A stretch of DNA of 64,000 nt, from NCBI GenBank assembly GCA_003213165.1, contig QCNO01000001.1, positions 133,403 through 197,402 on the forward strand. The letters run 5' to 3'. Below are positions 44,503-54,897 of this stretch, piece after piece. Below the pieces are notes generated by a model. The model had not been told where the DNA came from and did not search any database. It saw nothing but the letters and a program-made list of their open reading frames with translations. The DNA comes from OCS155 cluster bacterium AG-426-D23 (GTDB lineage: Bacteria > Actinomycetota > Acidimicrobiia > Actinomarinales > Actinomarinaceae). Positions within the stretch are counted from its first letter, which is position 1. The number at the start of each line of letters is the position of its first letter. The position numbers and the translations under genes were made by a program.

Positions 44503-46629
44503 TTGATTGTGGTTGAAAGAAGCTTTAAATATTTAGATGAAATAGAACTTAGTTTTGTTCGAGGAATAGGCGAAAAAAAGTTTGCAAGTCTAAAAAAAAG
44601 TAAATTAAAAACTGTTGCTGATTTAATTCGCTATTTTCCAAGAACACATATTGACAGATCAAAGGTTAAGTTAATATCTCAAATTGATAAAAATGATGAA
44701 AATAATGAAGTAACTATCTTTGGAACTATTGACAAAGTTTCCGTTTTTACCACAAAGACAAGATTAAGAATTGCAACACTAAGTATTTCTGATGAATCAG
44801 GAAATTTAAAAGCTAAATGGTTTGGTCCTCAATATATAGAGTCTAGATTTAAAGAAGGTGAAGTAGTTGCTATATCAGGAAAACCTGAAGTTAAAAAAAC
44901 TGGAAGTGTTGATTTTAAAAATCCAGCTATTGAAAAATTTACTGATATTGAAGAATTAAACGAAACGGGTTCTTTTATTCCTATTTACAAAAAAGTAGAG
45001 GGTATGACAAGTGCAAGCATTAGAAAAGGGTTAAAGGAAATAATCGCTATATTAGAGTCAACAAAAGATGATTTCACACCCGGATTATTTGATGTTTTAC
45101 CTTCTGAAATCATTAAAGAACATTCCCTTGAAAATAGATTACAAAGTATAAAAAAGATTCATTTTCCAAAAAACGAAGTTGATTATAAAAATGCAAGACG
45201 GAGATTAGTCTTAGATGAGTTTATTTATTTAAGGTCAATATTTGAAAATCTAAAGTCAAAATATAAGCATGAAAATAAAGGATTGGTTTACACATTTTCT
45301 AATTCAGATATAGATGAATTTATAGACCAACTCCCTTTTCAATTAACTCAATCGCAATTTAAGGCTGTAAATGAAATTTTAGAAGATTTTAGAAAAAATT
45401 ATCCTATGAAAAGACTGCTGCAAGGCGATGTTGGTTCAGGAAAAACAGTCGTAGCTACTATTGCGTCTTATGCTGCAATTAAATCAGGCTATCAGGTTGC
45501 ATTAATGGCTCCAACAGAGGTTTTAGCTGAGCAACACTTTGCTTCAATTAATCAATTTATGAATAAAGATCAATGTGACATATATCTACTTACTTCATCA
45601 ATTAAAGATAGAGAAAATATTTTAGAAAACCTAAATAATGGTAAACCAGCCCTTTATATTGGTACTCACGCACTAATTCAAGAAAGTATTAAATTTTCAA
45701 ATCTTGGATTTGCAATTATTGATGAACAACAGAGATTTGGTGTTGAGCAAAGAAAAAAGCTAATAAATGAATCTGGAGATATTCCTGATCAGCTAGTTAT
45801 GACTGCTACACCAATTCCAAGAACTACAGCATTGTCAATTTATGGAGATTTAGAAATTTCTTCGATTAATGAATTACCACCTGGGAGAAAAGACATTACT
45901 TCCCATCTGATAGAAGGATCAAAAAAAGATAACGAAACCATTTATGATATTTGTGAGTTTCATCTTCAGAAAAAATCACAAATATTTGTAGTCTGTCCAT
46001 TTATCGAAGAAAGTGAATTGGTGGATATTCAAGCTGCTGAAAATGTTTTCATTGAGTATAAAGAAAAGTTTAAAGATTACAATGTTTCAATTCTTCATGG
46101 GAAGATGTCCTTTGATGAAAAAGATCAAATAATGCAAGATATGAAGAATGGTATAGTAGATATCCTGGTTTCCACAGTTGTTATTGAAGTTGGAATAGAC
46201 ATACCTAATGCAACATTAATGATTATTGAAAGTGCTGAAAGATTTGGATTAAACCAATTACACCAATTAAGAGGTAGGGTTGGGAGAAGTGACAAACAAT
46301 CAGAATGTATTTTTCATGTTTCCAAGAAGAAAACATTAAATACAATCAGTGAAGACGGAAAGAGAAGATTAGAAGCGATTGTAAATATAAAAGATGGCTT
46401 TAAATTGTCTGAAATTGATTTAGAGATTAGAGGTGAAGGTAAAGTTACAGGTACAAGCCAATCTGGACAATCTGATTTAAAGATAGCCGATTTGAGATAC
46501 GACTATGAACTGCTTTTAGAATCAAAAAATATATTTGATAAAATTGAATCTGAAGATATTAAAAAACTACTATTTGAGGAAGCACAAATTCTGTTTCCAA
46601 ATTATTTTAAAGCAAGTGGAACTACATGA
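44503..46629 (+). CDS. recG: ATP-dependent DNA helicase RecG
   Basis: TTG start. It has a wedge/OB N-terminus, helicase motifs GDVGSGKT, DEQQRFG and QLRGRVGR, and is 708 aa. It is divergent from rpmB, as is typical for Actinobacteria. Confidence 0.85.
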   Translation: MIVVERSFKYLDEIELSFVRGIGEKKFASLKKSKLKTVADLIRYFPRTHIDRSKVKLISQIDKNDENNEVTIFGTIDKVSVFTTKTRLRIATLSISDESGNLKAKWFGPQYIESRFKEGEVVAISGKPEVKKTGSVDFKNPAIEKFTDIEELNETGSFIPIYKKVEGMTSASIRKGLKEIIAILESTKDDFTPGLFDVLPSEIIKEHSLENRLQSIKKIHFPKNEVDYKNARRRLVLDEFIYLRSIFENLKSKYKHENKGLVYTFSNSDIDEFIDQLPFQLTQSQFKAVNEILEDFRKNYPMKRLLQGDVGSGKTVVATIASYAAIKSGYQVALMAPTEVLAEQHFASINQFMNKDQCDIYLLTSSIKDRENILENLNNGKPALYIGTHALIQESIKFSNLGFAIIDEQQRFGVEQRKKLINESGDIPDQLVMTATPIPRTTALSIYGDLEISSINELPPGRKDITSHLIEGSKKDNETIYDICEFHLQKKSQIFVVCPFIEESELVDIQAAENVFIEYKEKFKDYNVSILHGKMSFDEKDQIMQDMKNGIVDILVSTVVIEVGIDIPNATLMIIESAERFGLNQLHQLRGRVGRSDKQSECIFHVSKKKTLNTISEDGKRRLEAIVNIKDGFKLSEIDLEIRGEGKVTGTSQSGQSDLKIADLRYDYELLLESKNIFDKIESEDIKKLLFEEAQILFPNYFKASGTT

Positions 46630-47162
46630 GAGTTCTTGCTGGAAGATATAAGTCAAAATTAATTCGAACAATTAATGATCCATTAACTAGACCTATGATG
46701 AGTAGAGTAAGGGAATCAATATTTAACTCTCTACAATTTAATATTGAAAATAAAGATATCTTAGATCTTTATGCCGGTTCAGGAAGTTTAGGAATTGAAT
46801 CTTTGAGTAGAGATGCAAACTTTGTAACTTTTATTGAAAATTCAGATGACTGTATAACTATTTTGAAGCAAAATTTAAAAGAATTTGAAAATAATTATAA
46901 AATCACTAAATCTAGTGTCGATAAGTTTTTACAAACGTCATTGAGTACATACGATATTGTCTTTTATGATCCCCCTTTCAAAATAGAAACTGATGTTGTT
47001 AAAAACGAAGTCATGAAAATTCATAATATATTAAATAATGATGGATTTGTTGTAATACACCGCCATACAGCATCAAAAGAATTTGATATTTTAAAAAATT
47101 ATAAAATTCATAAAGAAAAAAACTATGGTCAAAGTAATATTCTTATATTGAGGAAATTATGA
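46626..47162 (+). CDS. rsmD: 16S rRNA (guanine966-N2)-methyltransferase
   Basis: RVLAG.YKS, DLYAGSGSLGIE and the DPPF motif. ATGA overlap with recG. Confidence 0.8.
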   Translation: MRVLAGRYKSKLIRTINDPLTRPMMSRVRESIFNSLQFNIENKDILDLYAGSGSLGIESLSRDANFVTFIENSDDCITILKQNLKEFENNYKITKSSVDKFLQTSLSTYDIVFYDPPFKIETDVVKNEVMKIHNILNNDGFVVIHRHTASKEFDILKNYKIHKEKNYGQSNILILRKL

Positions 47163-47623
47163 AAATTTTAATTCCAGGCTCTTTTGATCCACCAACAAAT
47201 GGCCATATAGATGTAATAAAAAGATGTTCCAAAATCTTTACTGAAATCCTTGTTGGTGTTGTGGTAAATCCTTCAAAAGAATCATTATTTTCACGTGAAG
47301 CGCGATCATCAATGCTTGAGGCAATATTTAAAGACTACAAAAATATAAAAGTTATGAGTTTTGAAGGTCTTTTAGTTGACTTTGCCTCAAAAAACTCTGT
47401 AGATGCAATTGTTAAAGGATTAAGAGCAATGACAGATTTTGATTACGAGTTTCAAATGGCCCAGGCAAATTCTACACTTGCTGGATTTGAGACAATATTC
47501 ATTCCTTCTTCACCAGAATTTGGTTATTTATCTAGTTCAATGGTTAAAGAAATCCATTCTTTTGGTGGGGATGTCACATCTCTAGTTCCACCAGAAGTTT
47601 TAAAAAGGCTAAATAATGAATAA
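47159..47623 (+). CDS. coaD: phosphopantetheine adenylyltransferase
   Basis: MKILIPGSFDPPTNGHIDVI (HxGH nucleotidyltransferase motif) and ISSS. 154 aa. Confidence 0.9.
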   Translation: MKILIPGSFDPPTNGHIDVIKRCSKIFTEILVGVVVNPSKESLFSREARSSMLEAIFKDYKNIKVMSFEGLLVDFASKNSVDAIVKGLRAMTDFDYEFQMAQANSTLAGFETIFIPSSPEFGYLSSSMVKEIHSFGGDVTSLVPPEVLKRLNNE

Positions 47624-48119
47624 TTCAGAAACAAACTTTGAAAATGTTTTAAAAGGTGAAAGTAAAATCGAAATAGTAGACAAATTAGAAAATTTAAGAA
47701 ATCAATTAAATTCAAATACTCTTAAGGGGAGAATTAACAAAAAAGATATATTAAAAAGTATTGATGAAATAATTGACTCTATGCCAGTTGAGATGCGGAC
47801 TGCAAGATGGATTGTAAGAGAACAAGAAAGTTTTATGAATCAAGCCAAAATTGAATCAAAAGCTCTTTTAGATGATGCCAAGGCAGAATCTGAAAAATTG
47901 ATTGCAAATTCATATGTTATTCAAGAAGCTGTAATTGAAGCGAATGCATTAATAAAACAAGCTGAAGTTGAGATGCAAACATATAGAACTAACATTGAAG
48001 ATACAATTGATCAGAGAATAGATGACATTCAGAATAAAATTGATCAACTTTCAAATTTTTTAGAAAATGAAAAAAATAAATTACGTGAGCCTAGAAACAT
48101 AGAAAATCCAGAAAATTAA
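47616..48119 (+). CDS. coiled-coil protein, possibly DivIVA-domain (SepIVA-like) by position
   Basis: 167 aa, mostly predicted helical and charged. Its position between coaD and yceD matches that of the DivIVA-like gene in mycobacterial synteny. No strong motif. Confidence 0.35.
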   Translation: MNNSETNFENVLKGESKIEIVDKLENLRNQLNSNTLKGRINKKDILKSIDEIIDSMPVEMRTARWIVREQESFMNQAKIESKALLDDAKAESEKLIANSYVIQEAVIEANALIKQAEVEMQTYRTNIEDTIDQRIDDIQNKIDQLSNFLENEKNKLREPRNIENPEN

Positions 48120-48616
48120 TGAAGCTCAATTCAAAGATAAAAACCATTGATATAGTGAATTCTCCTGTTCCTTTAGTAGTCAATCTTTCAGGGAAATTTG
48201 AAATTTCTTATGCAAATCATTTCACTGAAGAACAAGATTTGGTAAATTTAATTTCGGAACTTTATGTTGATGATTCAATATTAAATATCGATATTAATTT
48301 AGAACTCTCTTATCAATCCGAATGCGTAAGATGTCTTTATAAAAAGGCAAATAAGATGAAAAATTCAAGATCATTCAAGCTGAATATAGATGTAGAGAAT
48401 GATTATGAAATTAATTTTGATAGAGAATATGTAGATATAGAGCCATTTATTTCAGAAACAATAATCGATAATTTAGATACACTTTATATATGTAGTAATA
48501 AATGTAAAGGTTTATGCAGTGTTTGTGGTAACAATATGAATAAAATTAAGTGTAATTGTGAAGAAAAAAACTTAAAAGAAAGTCCATTTTCTTCCCTAAG
48601 TCAGCTAGATTTGTAG
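48119..48616 (+). CDS. yceD: YceD/DUF177 large-ribosomal-subunit accumulation protein
   Basis: The Cys motifs CVRC.. and CKGLCSVCG near the C-terminus and a conserved position immediately upstream of rpmF. Confidence 0.7.
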   Translation: MKLNSKIKTIDIVNSPVPLVVNLSGKFEISYANHFTEEQDLVNLISELYVDDSILNIDINLELSYQSECVRCLYKKANKMKNSRSFKLNIDVENDYEINFDREYVDIEPFISETIIDNLDTLYICSNKCKGLCSVCGNNMNKIKCNCEEKNLKESPFSSLSQLDL

Positions 48617-48634
48617 TTTGAAAGGAATATAGCT

Positions 48635-48817
48635 ATGGCAGTACCTAAGAAGAAGATGTCTAAATCAAGAACTAGACGCAGAAAAGCTACGCATAAAATA
48701 TCTCGACCTCATTTTGTAGTAGACCCTGAAACAGGTGTAGCAAAACAATCTCATAGAGTAAATCCTGCTGATGGTACTTATAACGGTCGTCAAGTAAAAG
48801 AACCTGAAGTAAGTTAA
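48635..48817 (+). CDS. rpmF: 50S ribosomal protein L32
   Basis: MAVPKKKMSKSRTRRRKA is the canonical L32 N-terminus. Confidence 0.9.
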   Translation: MAVPKKKMSKSRTRRRKATHKISRPHFVVDPETGVAKQSHRVNPADGTYNGRQVKEPEVS

Positions 48818-48824
48818 GTTTGCT

Positions 48825-49796
48825 ATGAATACTATTGCTGTTGATGCAATGGGTGGAGACTCTGCTCCAATCGATATCGTTAAAGGAGCTATTAAAGCGA
48901 AAGAGCAGGGAGTCGATGTTGTTTTATGTGGTGATAAAGATTTAATTAATCCTTATTTAGAAAATTATGAAATACCTGTTTTTGATTTTCCCCAAGTTAT
49001 TTCTATGGATGAAGATCCACTAAGAGCTATTAGAAATAAAAAAAATGCATCAATAGTTGGATGTATGCAATTACTTAAAGACAAAAAAGTACAGGCAGTA
49101 TTTTCTGCAGGTTCTACAGGCGCAACATTAATAAGTGCAATTTCAATTCTTGGAAAACATAAGGGAGTTATTAGGCCTGTCATAGCCTCTGTCTTGCCTT
49201 CGTTAAGTGGTAATACAATCCTTCTTGATTCAGGAGCTAGTTTAGATGTAAAGCCAAAAGTTCTTTTTCAATATGGAATAATGGGAGCAAAATTAGCTGA
49301 AGTAATAATGGATATAGATAATCCTAAAGTAGGTCTTCTAAATAACGGAGAAGAGGAAACTAAAGGTCGAGATGTAGAAAAAGCAGCATATAAATTATTA
49401 AAAAATAGTAATTTAAACTTTGTTGGAAATATAGAAGGAAGAGATTTTTCAACAAAAAAAGCTGATGTGTTTGTTACTGACGGATTTACTGGAAATGTAG
49501 TATTAAAAACATTAGAAGGTACTGCAAAATTACAGCAAAATCTAATCTCTTCAGCACTATTAGATAATCTATTTAAACCTTTGTTAATTCCCGTAAAAAA
49601 AGCTTTGAAACCTGTTAGAGATCAGCTTAATCCAGATAAATCTGGTGCTTCATACTTATTAGGTGTAAACGGAGTAGTCACAATAGGTCATGGTTCTTCT
49701 AATTCTGAAGCAGTCAAAAATGCAATTTTATATACAGAGACTGCTGTAAAAAAAGATTTAATTAGTAAGTTTTCGTCCGCATTAAGTGAATTATGA
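48825..49796 (+). CDS. plsX: phosphate acyltransferase PlsX
   Basis: The N-terminus IAVDAMGGDSAP and the FVGNIEGRD motif. Confidence 0.85.
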   Translation: MNTIAVDAMGGDSAPIDIVKGAIKAKEQGVDVVLCGDKDLINPYLENYEIPVFDFPQVISMDEDPLRAIRNKKNASIVGCMQLLKDKKVQAVFSAGSTGATLISAISILGKHKGVIRPVIASVLPSLSGNTILLDSGASLDVKPKVLFQYGIMGAKLAEVIMDIDNPKVGLLNNGEEETKGRDVEKAAYKLLKNSNLNFVGNIEGRDFSTKKADVFVTDGFTGNVVLKTLEGTAKLQQNLISSALLDNLFKPLLIPVKKALKPVRDQLNPDKSGASYLLGVNGVVTIGHGSSNSEAVKNAILYTETAVKKDLISKFSSALSEL

Positions 49797-50470
49797 AAAG
49801 TATAGAAGATTTCGAGAAAACAATAGGATACAGCTTTAAAGACAAAAAACTTTTAAAAATTGCTTTAACCCATAGATCTTATTTAGACGAAAACCCAGAT
49901 TTAACATCAAATCAGCGCTACGAGTTCTTTGGAGATACTATTTTGGATTTTGATTTAACTGAGTACCTATTTAAACATTTTCCAGATTTAGATGAAGGAA
50001 GTCTTACAAAGATAAGATCAAGTGCTGTTAATCAGACAAATTTAGTGAAATTAGGTAAAGAAATAAATATAGGATCTTTTATGTTTTTAAGTAAAGCAGA
50101 GAATTCTACCGGAGGTAGGAACAAATCATCCATAATTGAAGATGCAGTAGAAGCTTTAATTGCAGCATTATATTTTGATGGGGGATTAACCGCAGTAAAT
50201 GGTTTTGTTTCTAAATACATATATCCGAGCATAAAAGAGCTTTCTGAAAATCCTGGACAGAAAGATTATAAAACAAGACTTCAAGAGTATTATGCGAAAG
50301 TTGGGAAAAAAGTAAATTATATGGATTCATCTACTGGTCCAGATCATGATAAAAGATTTCAAACTCAAGTTTTTTTAGATAAAGAAATAATCGGAATTGG
50401 AGAAGGCAAATCAAAGAAAAGTTCACAACAAGAAGCTGCGAAACAAGCATTAGAAAAAATAAATGCCTGA
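49793..50470 (+). CDS. rnc: ribonuclease III
   Basis: ERYEFFGDTILD is the RNase III signature, and a C-terminal dsRBD (QEAAKQALEK) is present. ATGA overlap with plsX. Confidence 0.85.
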   Translation: MKSIEDFEKTIGYSFKDKKLLKIALTHRSYLDENPDLTSNQRYEFFGDTILDFDLTEYLFKHFPDLDEGSLTKIRSSAVNQTNLVKLGKEINIGSFMFLSKAENSTGGRNKSSIIEDAVEALIAALYFDGGLTAVNGFVSKYIYPSIKELSENPGQKDYKTRLQEYYAKVGKKVNYMDSSTGPDHDKRFQTQVFLDKEIIGIGEGKSKKSSQQEAAKQALEKINA

Positions 50471-51266
50471 GTTACCTGAAGTAGAATCAATTAAACGTTC
50501 GTTATCTTCAAATATTGTTGGTCAGAAATTAAAGAATTATAAAATTTATGATCATAGAACAAATAGATATAATACTAAAAAACCAACAATTAATGAATCT
50601 CTATTAGCAATATCAAGAAAAGGAAAACTTTTAATTTTTGATTTTGAAGATTATTCGATCATCTTTCATTTAGGAATGAGTGGAAGAATCCAAGTAAACG
50701 AAAAAAAGAATAAACATACAAGAGCCCGTTTTTATTTTGACAAAGATAATGTAAATTTTGATGATATTAGAAGATTTGGATTTATAAAAATCATAAAAGC
50801 GGAATTAAAAATTGATTATTTGAATAAAATTGGTCCAGATGTGTTGAAGATTAGTACAAAACAATTAAGAATAATTATTGATAAAAGTAAGAAATCAAAA
50901 TCATTGATAAAAGATTTTATACTTAACCAAAAATATATGAGTGGAATAGGCAACATTTATGCAAACGAAATATTGTTTGCGTCAAAAATTCATCCTGAAA
51001 CAAAAGTAAATGCTTTAAGTAGCAATAATTGGAAAGATTTTTTTAAAAACACAAAAAAAATTATGCAGTTAGCAATTAAAAACAATGGAACAACTTTAAG
51101 TGATATGACTTATTTTTTGCCTTATGGTGAATTTGGTTCAAATCAGAATTTTTTAAAAATATATAGCAAAACAAATTGTTTTAATTGTGAACATATAATT
51201 GATAAAATATACATAAATCAAAGAGCTACATATTTTTGTAGGAAATGTCAAAAATTAAAAAATTAA
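50463..51266 (+). CDS. mutM: formamidopyrimidine-DNA glycosylase
   Basis: The N-terminus is MPELPEVESI. It has an H2TH region and a C-terminal zinc finger CxxC...CRKCQK. Confidence 0.85.
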   Translation: MPELPEVESIKRSLSSNIVGQKLKNYKIYDHRTNRYNTKKPTINESLLAISRKGKLLIFDFEDYSIIFHLGMSGRIQVNEKKNKHTRARFYFDKDNVNFDDIRRFGFIKIIKAELKIDYLNKIGPDVLKISTKQLRIIIDKSKKSKSLIKDFILNQKYMSGIGNIYANEILFASKIHPETKVNALSSNNWKDFFKNTKKIMQLAIKNNGTTLSDMTYFLPYGEFGSNQNFLKIYSKTNCFNCEHIIDKIYINQRATYFCRKCQKLKN

Positions 51267-52180
51267 AAGTTTCACTAAATAGAGATGGTTCTCTTGAATC
51301 GACTCACTTTATTAATGTATACAAACATGATCAAAAAGAATATGATTATTTTTTTCCAAGATCAGCAGTGAAACCTTTTCAACTCATTCCTCTTCTTTAT
51401 GAAGCTCAAAATCAAAATTTATTATTAACAAGTGAAGAAATTGCTATATTTTCATCTTCTCATTCTGGTCAAGAAATTCATACAGAATTAATTAAAGCAA
51501 TTGCAAATAAATATGATTTAGATCTTGAAAGGTTAGTTTGTGGAAAACAAAGACCATTTCATGAACTTACCGCTGATAATTTACTTCAAAATAATAAAGA
51601 ATTTACAAAATTACACCATAACTGCTCAGGAAAACACCTTGCTATGCTTTTATTTTCAAAAATTCTTAATGAGGATAACACAATTTATCATACCTTGAAA
51701 AGTAAGACACAATCGATAGTTAAAGAGTTCTTTCAATTTATTTTTTCTGATAATGATATTGGTTTTGGCACAGACGGATGTGGCCTTCCCGCAATACATT
51801 TACGAACTGATAGTTTTTTAAAAGCGGTTAATAAGATAAAAAATACAGAATACTCTAATAATTGGTCTGATATGTTTAATTCTTACCATACAAACCCACT
51901 ACTTATTGGCGGTGAAAATCGAACAGACACAAATATCATTCTCAATTCAAGCAAAACAGTACTAGCTAAATCTGGTGCAGAAGGTGTTCTATTTGTTACA
52001 AACAACGAAGAATCATATTTGTTTAAATGTATTGATGGAAGTAAAAGGGGCGTAGATTTAGCTGCAACTAAATACTTAAAAGAAATAGGAATGGTTAATG
52101 AAAAACCCTTTCAATATTTAAGCAATCTTTATAGTTTAAATACTCAAAACACTAAGGCAGTCACGATAACTGTTTCTTAA
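51245..52180 (+). CDS. class-3 L-asparaginase-like protein (Asparaginase_II / ReAV-type family)
   Basis: HHNCSGKH and GTDGCGLP provide the Cys-x2-Lys...Cys metal-site pattern that I recall from Rhizobium etli AnsA. The N-terminal GSLESTH region resembles the Ser-containing active-site stretch. Confidence 0.55.
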   Translation: MSKIKKLKVSLNRDGSLESTHFINVYKHDQKEYDYFFPRSAVKPFQLIPLLYEAQNQNLLLTSEEIAIFSSSHSGQEIHTELIKAIANKYDLDLERLVCGKQRPFHELTADNLLQNNKEFTKLHHNCSGKHLAMLLFSKILNEDNTIYHTLKSKTQSIVKEFFQFIFSDNDIGFGTDGCGLPAIHLRTDSFLKAVNKIKNTEYSNNWSDMFNSYHTNPLLIGGENRTDTNIILNSSKTVLAKSGAEGVLFVTNNEESYLFKCIDGSKRGVDLAATKYLKEIGMVNEKPFQYLSNLYSLNTQNTKAVTITVS

Positions 52181-52245
52181 ATTTTTTCAATTTAAAGCAT
52201 ATTATTCTATTATTTACTATTATTAAATTAACAACAGGGTAAATA

Positions 52246-54897
52246 ATGTATTTAAAATCTTTAAATATTAATGGCTTTAAGTCATTCTATGAAAAAACTA
52301 CTGTTGACTTTTCAAATAAAGTCAATGTAATTGTTGGACCTAATGGTTCTGGTAAATCCAATGTAGTTGATGCAATTTCTTGGGTATTAGGTACTCAAAG
52401 TCCAGCAACATTAAGAACCAATAAAATGGAAGATGTCATATTTGCTGGTACTGAAAAGTTGTCTAAAAAAGGTTTTGCAGAAGTTTACTTGAATTTTGAA
52501 GTGGATGAAAAATTATTCAATGGAAATTCTGAAATATCTATTGGGAGAAAATTGTTTAGGGATGGTACATCAGAATATTTTATGAACGGATTAAATTGCC
52601 GTTTGTTAGATATTCAAGAATTTTTAAATGATGTTGGAATTGGAAAGCAGCAACATATCATTATTTCCCAGGGGCAAATAGCTGAAATTTTGAATTCTAA
52701 ACCTGAAGATCACAGAACAACCATTGAAGAGGCAGCTGGAATTCTTCCACTAAGAGTTAAGAAAGAAAAATCATTAAAAAGAATTGAATCTGGCGAGAAA
52801 GAAATTAAGAGAGCAAAAGATGTTCTTCGTGAGATTAGAAAACAACTTAAACCTCTTCAAGATCAAGCAGAAAAAGCAAGAATACATGAAGAGAGTACAG
52901 TGCTCTTAAAGAGTAAAGTTATTGAACTGAATGTTATGATGTTCAGAAAATTTGATGATAAATATAAAAGTTTTGCAATTGAAGAAAATTTCTTAGATCA
53001 AAATCTTGCAGATATTGATAAAAAAATAAATACATTAAAAGACCAAAAAGGTCAGATAAATAACGAACTTGGCGATGGATACTCAATAGGTTCAACATTT
53101 AAAGATTATTCTGGAAAATTTATAAATCTATCTGAGCAACTTAGGTCTTTAGCTCAAGTTGCAAATGAGAGAAAAGATAATTTAGAACGTGAAGAGATTA
53201 AAGCTTCCGAAGAGCTTTATAAAACTATTAATAAAATAAATGAAAATAATAATCAAATATCAATGCTCACCTCTCAGTTGATGGATAAAAAGCAGAGTTT
53301 AACTAATTTAGAAAATCAAAATGAAGACATAAAATATCAAATAGAAGAGATTATTAAAAAACTATCTGCTTCTACAGAGGTAAATGAAGCAGTATTAGAA
53401 AGTGAAATCAAACAAATTAGACAATCAATTGATATTACCAATAAAGATTTACAACTTTTTGAAACAGAATTTTCAAAGTGGGAAGAAGATCTACAAATTT
53501 CAGAGTCTTTGTTAAATGATTTAAACATAAAATTAGAATCGTATCAAATTCCAAAAGATGTAGTTGAAGAATTTCCGGCTTATACGAAAAAAATAATAAA
53601 AAGAGAATTAGACATTAATAAAAATAATATTATCAAAATTAATTCGGATTCTGAAAATTTAAATTCTGAACTACTCAAGAAAGAAGAGCTCCTTTCAAAT
53701 ATTTTTCATAAAGAAGAATTTAAATCTGATGTAAACAAACAAAAAGATGAGCTAGAAAATAAACTTAAACAATTAGAACAAGATATAAATCTTATTAGTA
53801 ATCAACTTATTACATCTCAAGAAAGAATAAAAAATCTTTCTAATCAGAATACTGAATTAAATATTGTAAAAAAGAATCTTGAGGGAATTGATAAATTACA
53901 TCAGAAGTCACAGTTATCTGAAATAATCAATTCTGCAAAAACTTTTATAGAGTTTACAAACTCAACTTCTAATAAATTAGAAATAGAATCTGAAAAATTT
54001 GACCAGAAATATGGAAATTCTAATAAGAAAATTGAAAGAATAGATGAACAAATTGAAAATTTAAATAATGAGCTTTTCAATACAAAAGATAAGTTAACCA
54101 ATGTAGCAATCAAAAAATCTGAAACGGAAATTTCTAAGGCCAATCATTACTCTAATTTAGTAAATATATATGGTTTGAATATTGATGAAATTAATCAATA
54201 TGAAATTATTGCTGCAAATCAAAGTGAATTAGAAAATGAAATTAAACTTCTTGAAAAAAAGTTAGAAGAGATAGGTACTGTCAATTACCTAGCAAAAGAA
54301 GATTTCGATTCTTTAAATCTCAGATATGAAGAAATACAGTCTACCATCGATGATTTACAGCTTTCAAAAAAAGAGTTGTTGTTAAACATTAAAGAAGTAG
54401 AAACTGAAATAGAATTCAGAATAGAATCATCATTTAATTCTATATCTGTACATTTTTCTGAAATATTTGAAACATTATTTCCAGGGGGTAAAGGGTCACT
54501 TTCCTTCACTAATAAAACAAATATTTTAGAGACTGGCATAGAGATATCAGTACAACCAAGAGGCAAGAAAGTCAAAAAACTTTCATTATTATCTGGTGGA
54601 GAGAGATCATTGGCTGCAATTGCATTTCTATTTTCAATATTTAAATCCTTCCCAAGTCCATTTTATATTTTAGATGAAGTTGAAGCAGCTCTTGATGATG
54701 CAAATCTTCACAGAATGATTAATTTGCTCGATAAAATAAAAGAAGATGCACAATACATAATCGTTACACATCAACAACAAACCATGCATGCTGGAGATGT
54801 ATTATACGGTGTCACTATGGAGCCAGGTTCTGGATCTAGAGTGTTCACAAAGACAAAAGAAGATTTTGAAAGTTTAATAGGTACTAATGAAAAATAG
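52246..54897 (+). CDS. smc: SMC-family chromosome segregation ATPase (short, hinge not recognisable)
   Basis: The N-terminal Walker A is GPNGSGKSNVVDAI. The C-terminal signature and Walker B is LSGGERSLAAIAFLFSI...YILDEVEAALD. The long central section is predicted coiled coil. It is only 883 aa. Confidence 0.7.
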   Translation: MYLKSLNINGFKSFYEKTTVDFSNKVNVIVGPNGSGKSNVVDAISWVLGTQSPATLRTNKMEDVIFAGTEKLSKKGFAEVYLNFEVDEKLFNGNSEISIGRKLFRDGTSEYFMNGLNCRLLDIQEFLNDVGIGKQQHIIISQGQIAEILNSKPEDHRTTIEEAAGILPLRVKKEKSLKRIESGEKEIKRAKDVLREIRKQLKPLQDQAEKARIHEESTVLLKSKVIELNVMMFRKFDDKYKSFAIEENFLDQNLADIDKKINTLKDQKGQINNELGDGYSIGSTFKDYSGKFINLSEQLRSLAQVANERKDNLEREEIKASEELYKTINKINENNNQISMLTSQLMDKKQSLTNLENQNEDIKYQIEEIIKKLSASTEVNEAVLESEIKQIRQSIDITNKDLQLFETEFSKWEEDLQISESLLNDLNIKLESYQIPKDVVEEFPAYTKKIIKRELDINKNNIIKINSDSENLNSELLKKEELLSNIFHKEEFKSDVNKQKDELENKLKQLEQDINLISNQLITSQERIKNLSNQNTELNIVKKNLEGIDKLHQKSQLSEIINSAKTFIEFTNSTSNKLEIESEKFDQKYGNSNKKIERIDEQIENLNNELFNTKDKLTNVAIKKSETEISKANHYSNLVNIYGLNIDEINQYEIIAANQSELENEIKLLEKKLEEIGTVNYLAKEDFDSLNLRYEEIQSTIDDLQLSKKELLLNIKEVETEIEFRIESSFNSISVHFSEIFETLFPGGKGSLSFTNKTNILETGIEISVQPRGKKVKKLSLLSGGERSLAAIAFLFSIFKSFPSPFYILDEVEAALDDANLHRMINLLDKIKEDAQYIIVTHQQQTMHAGDVLYGVTMEPGSGSRVFTKTKEDFESLIGTNEK

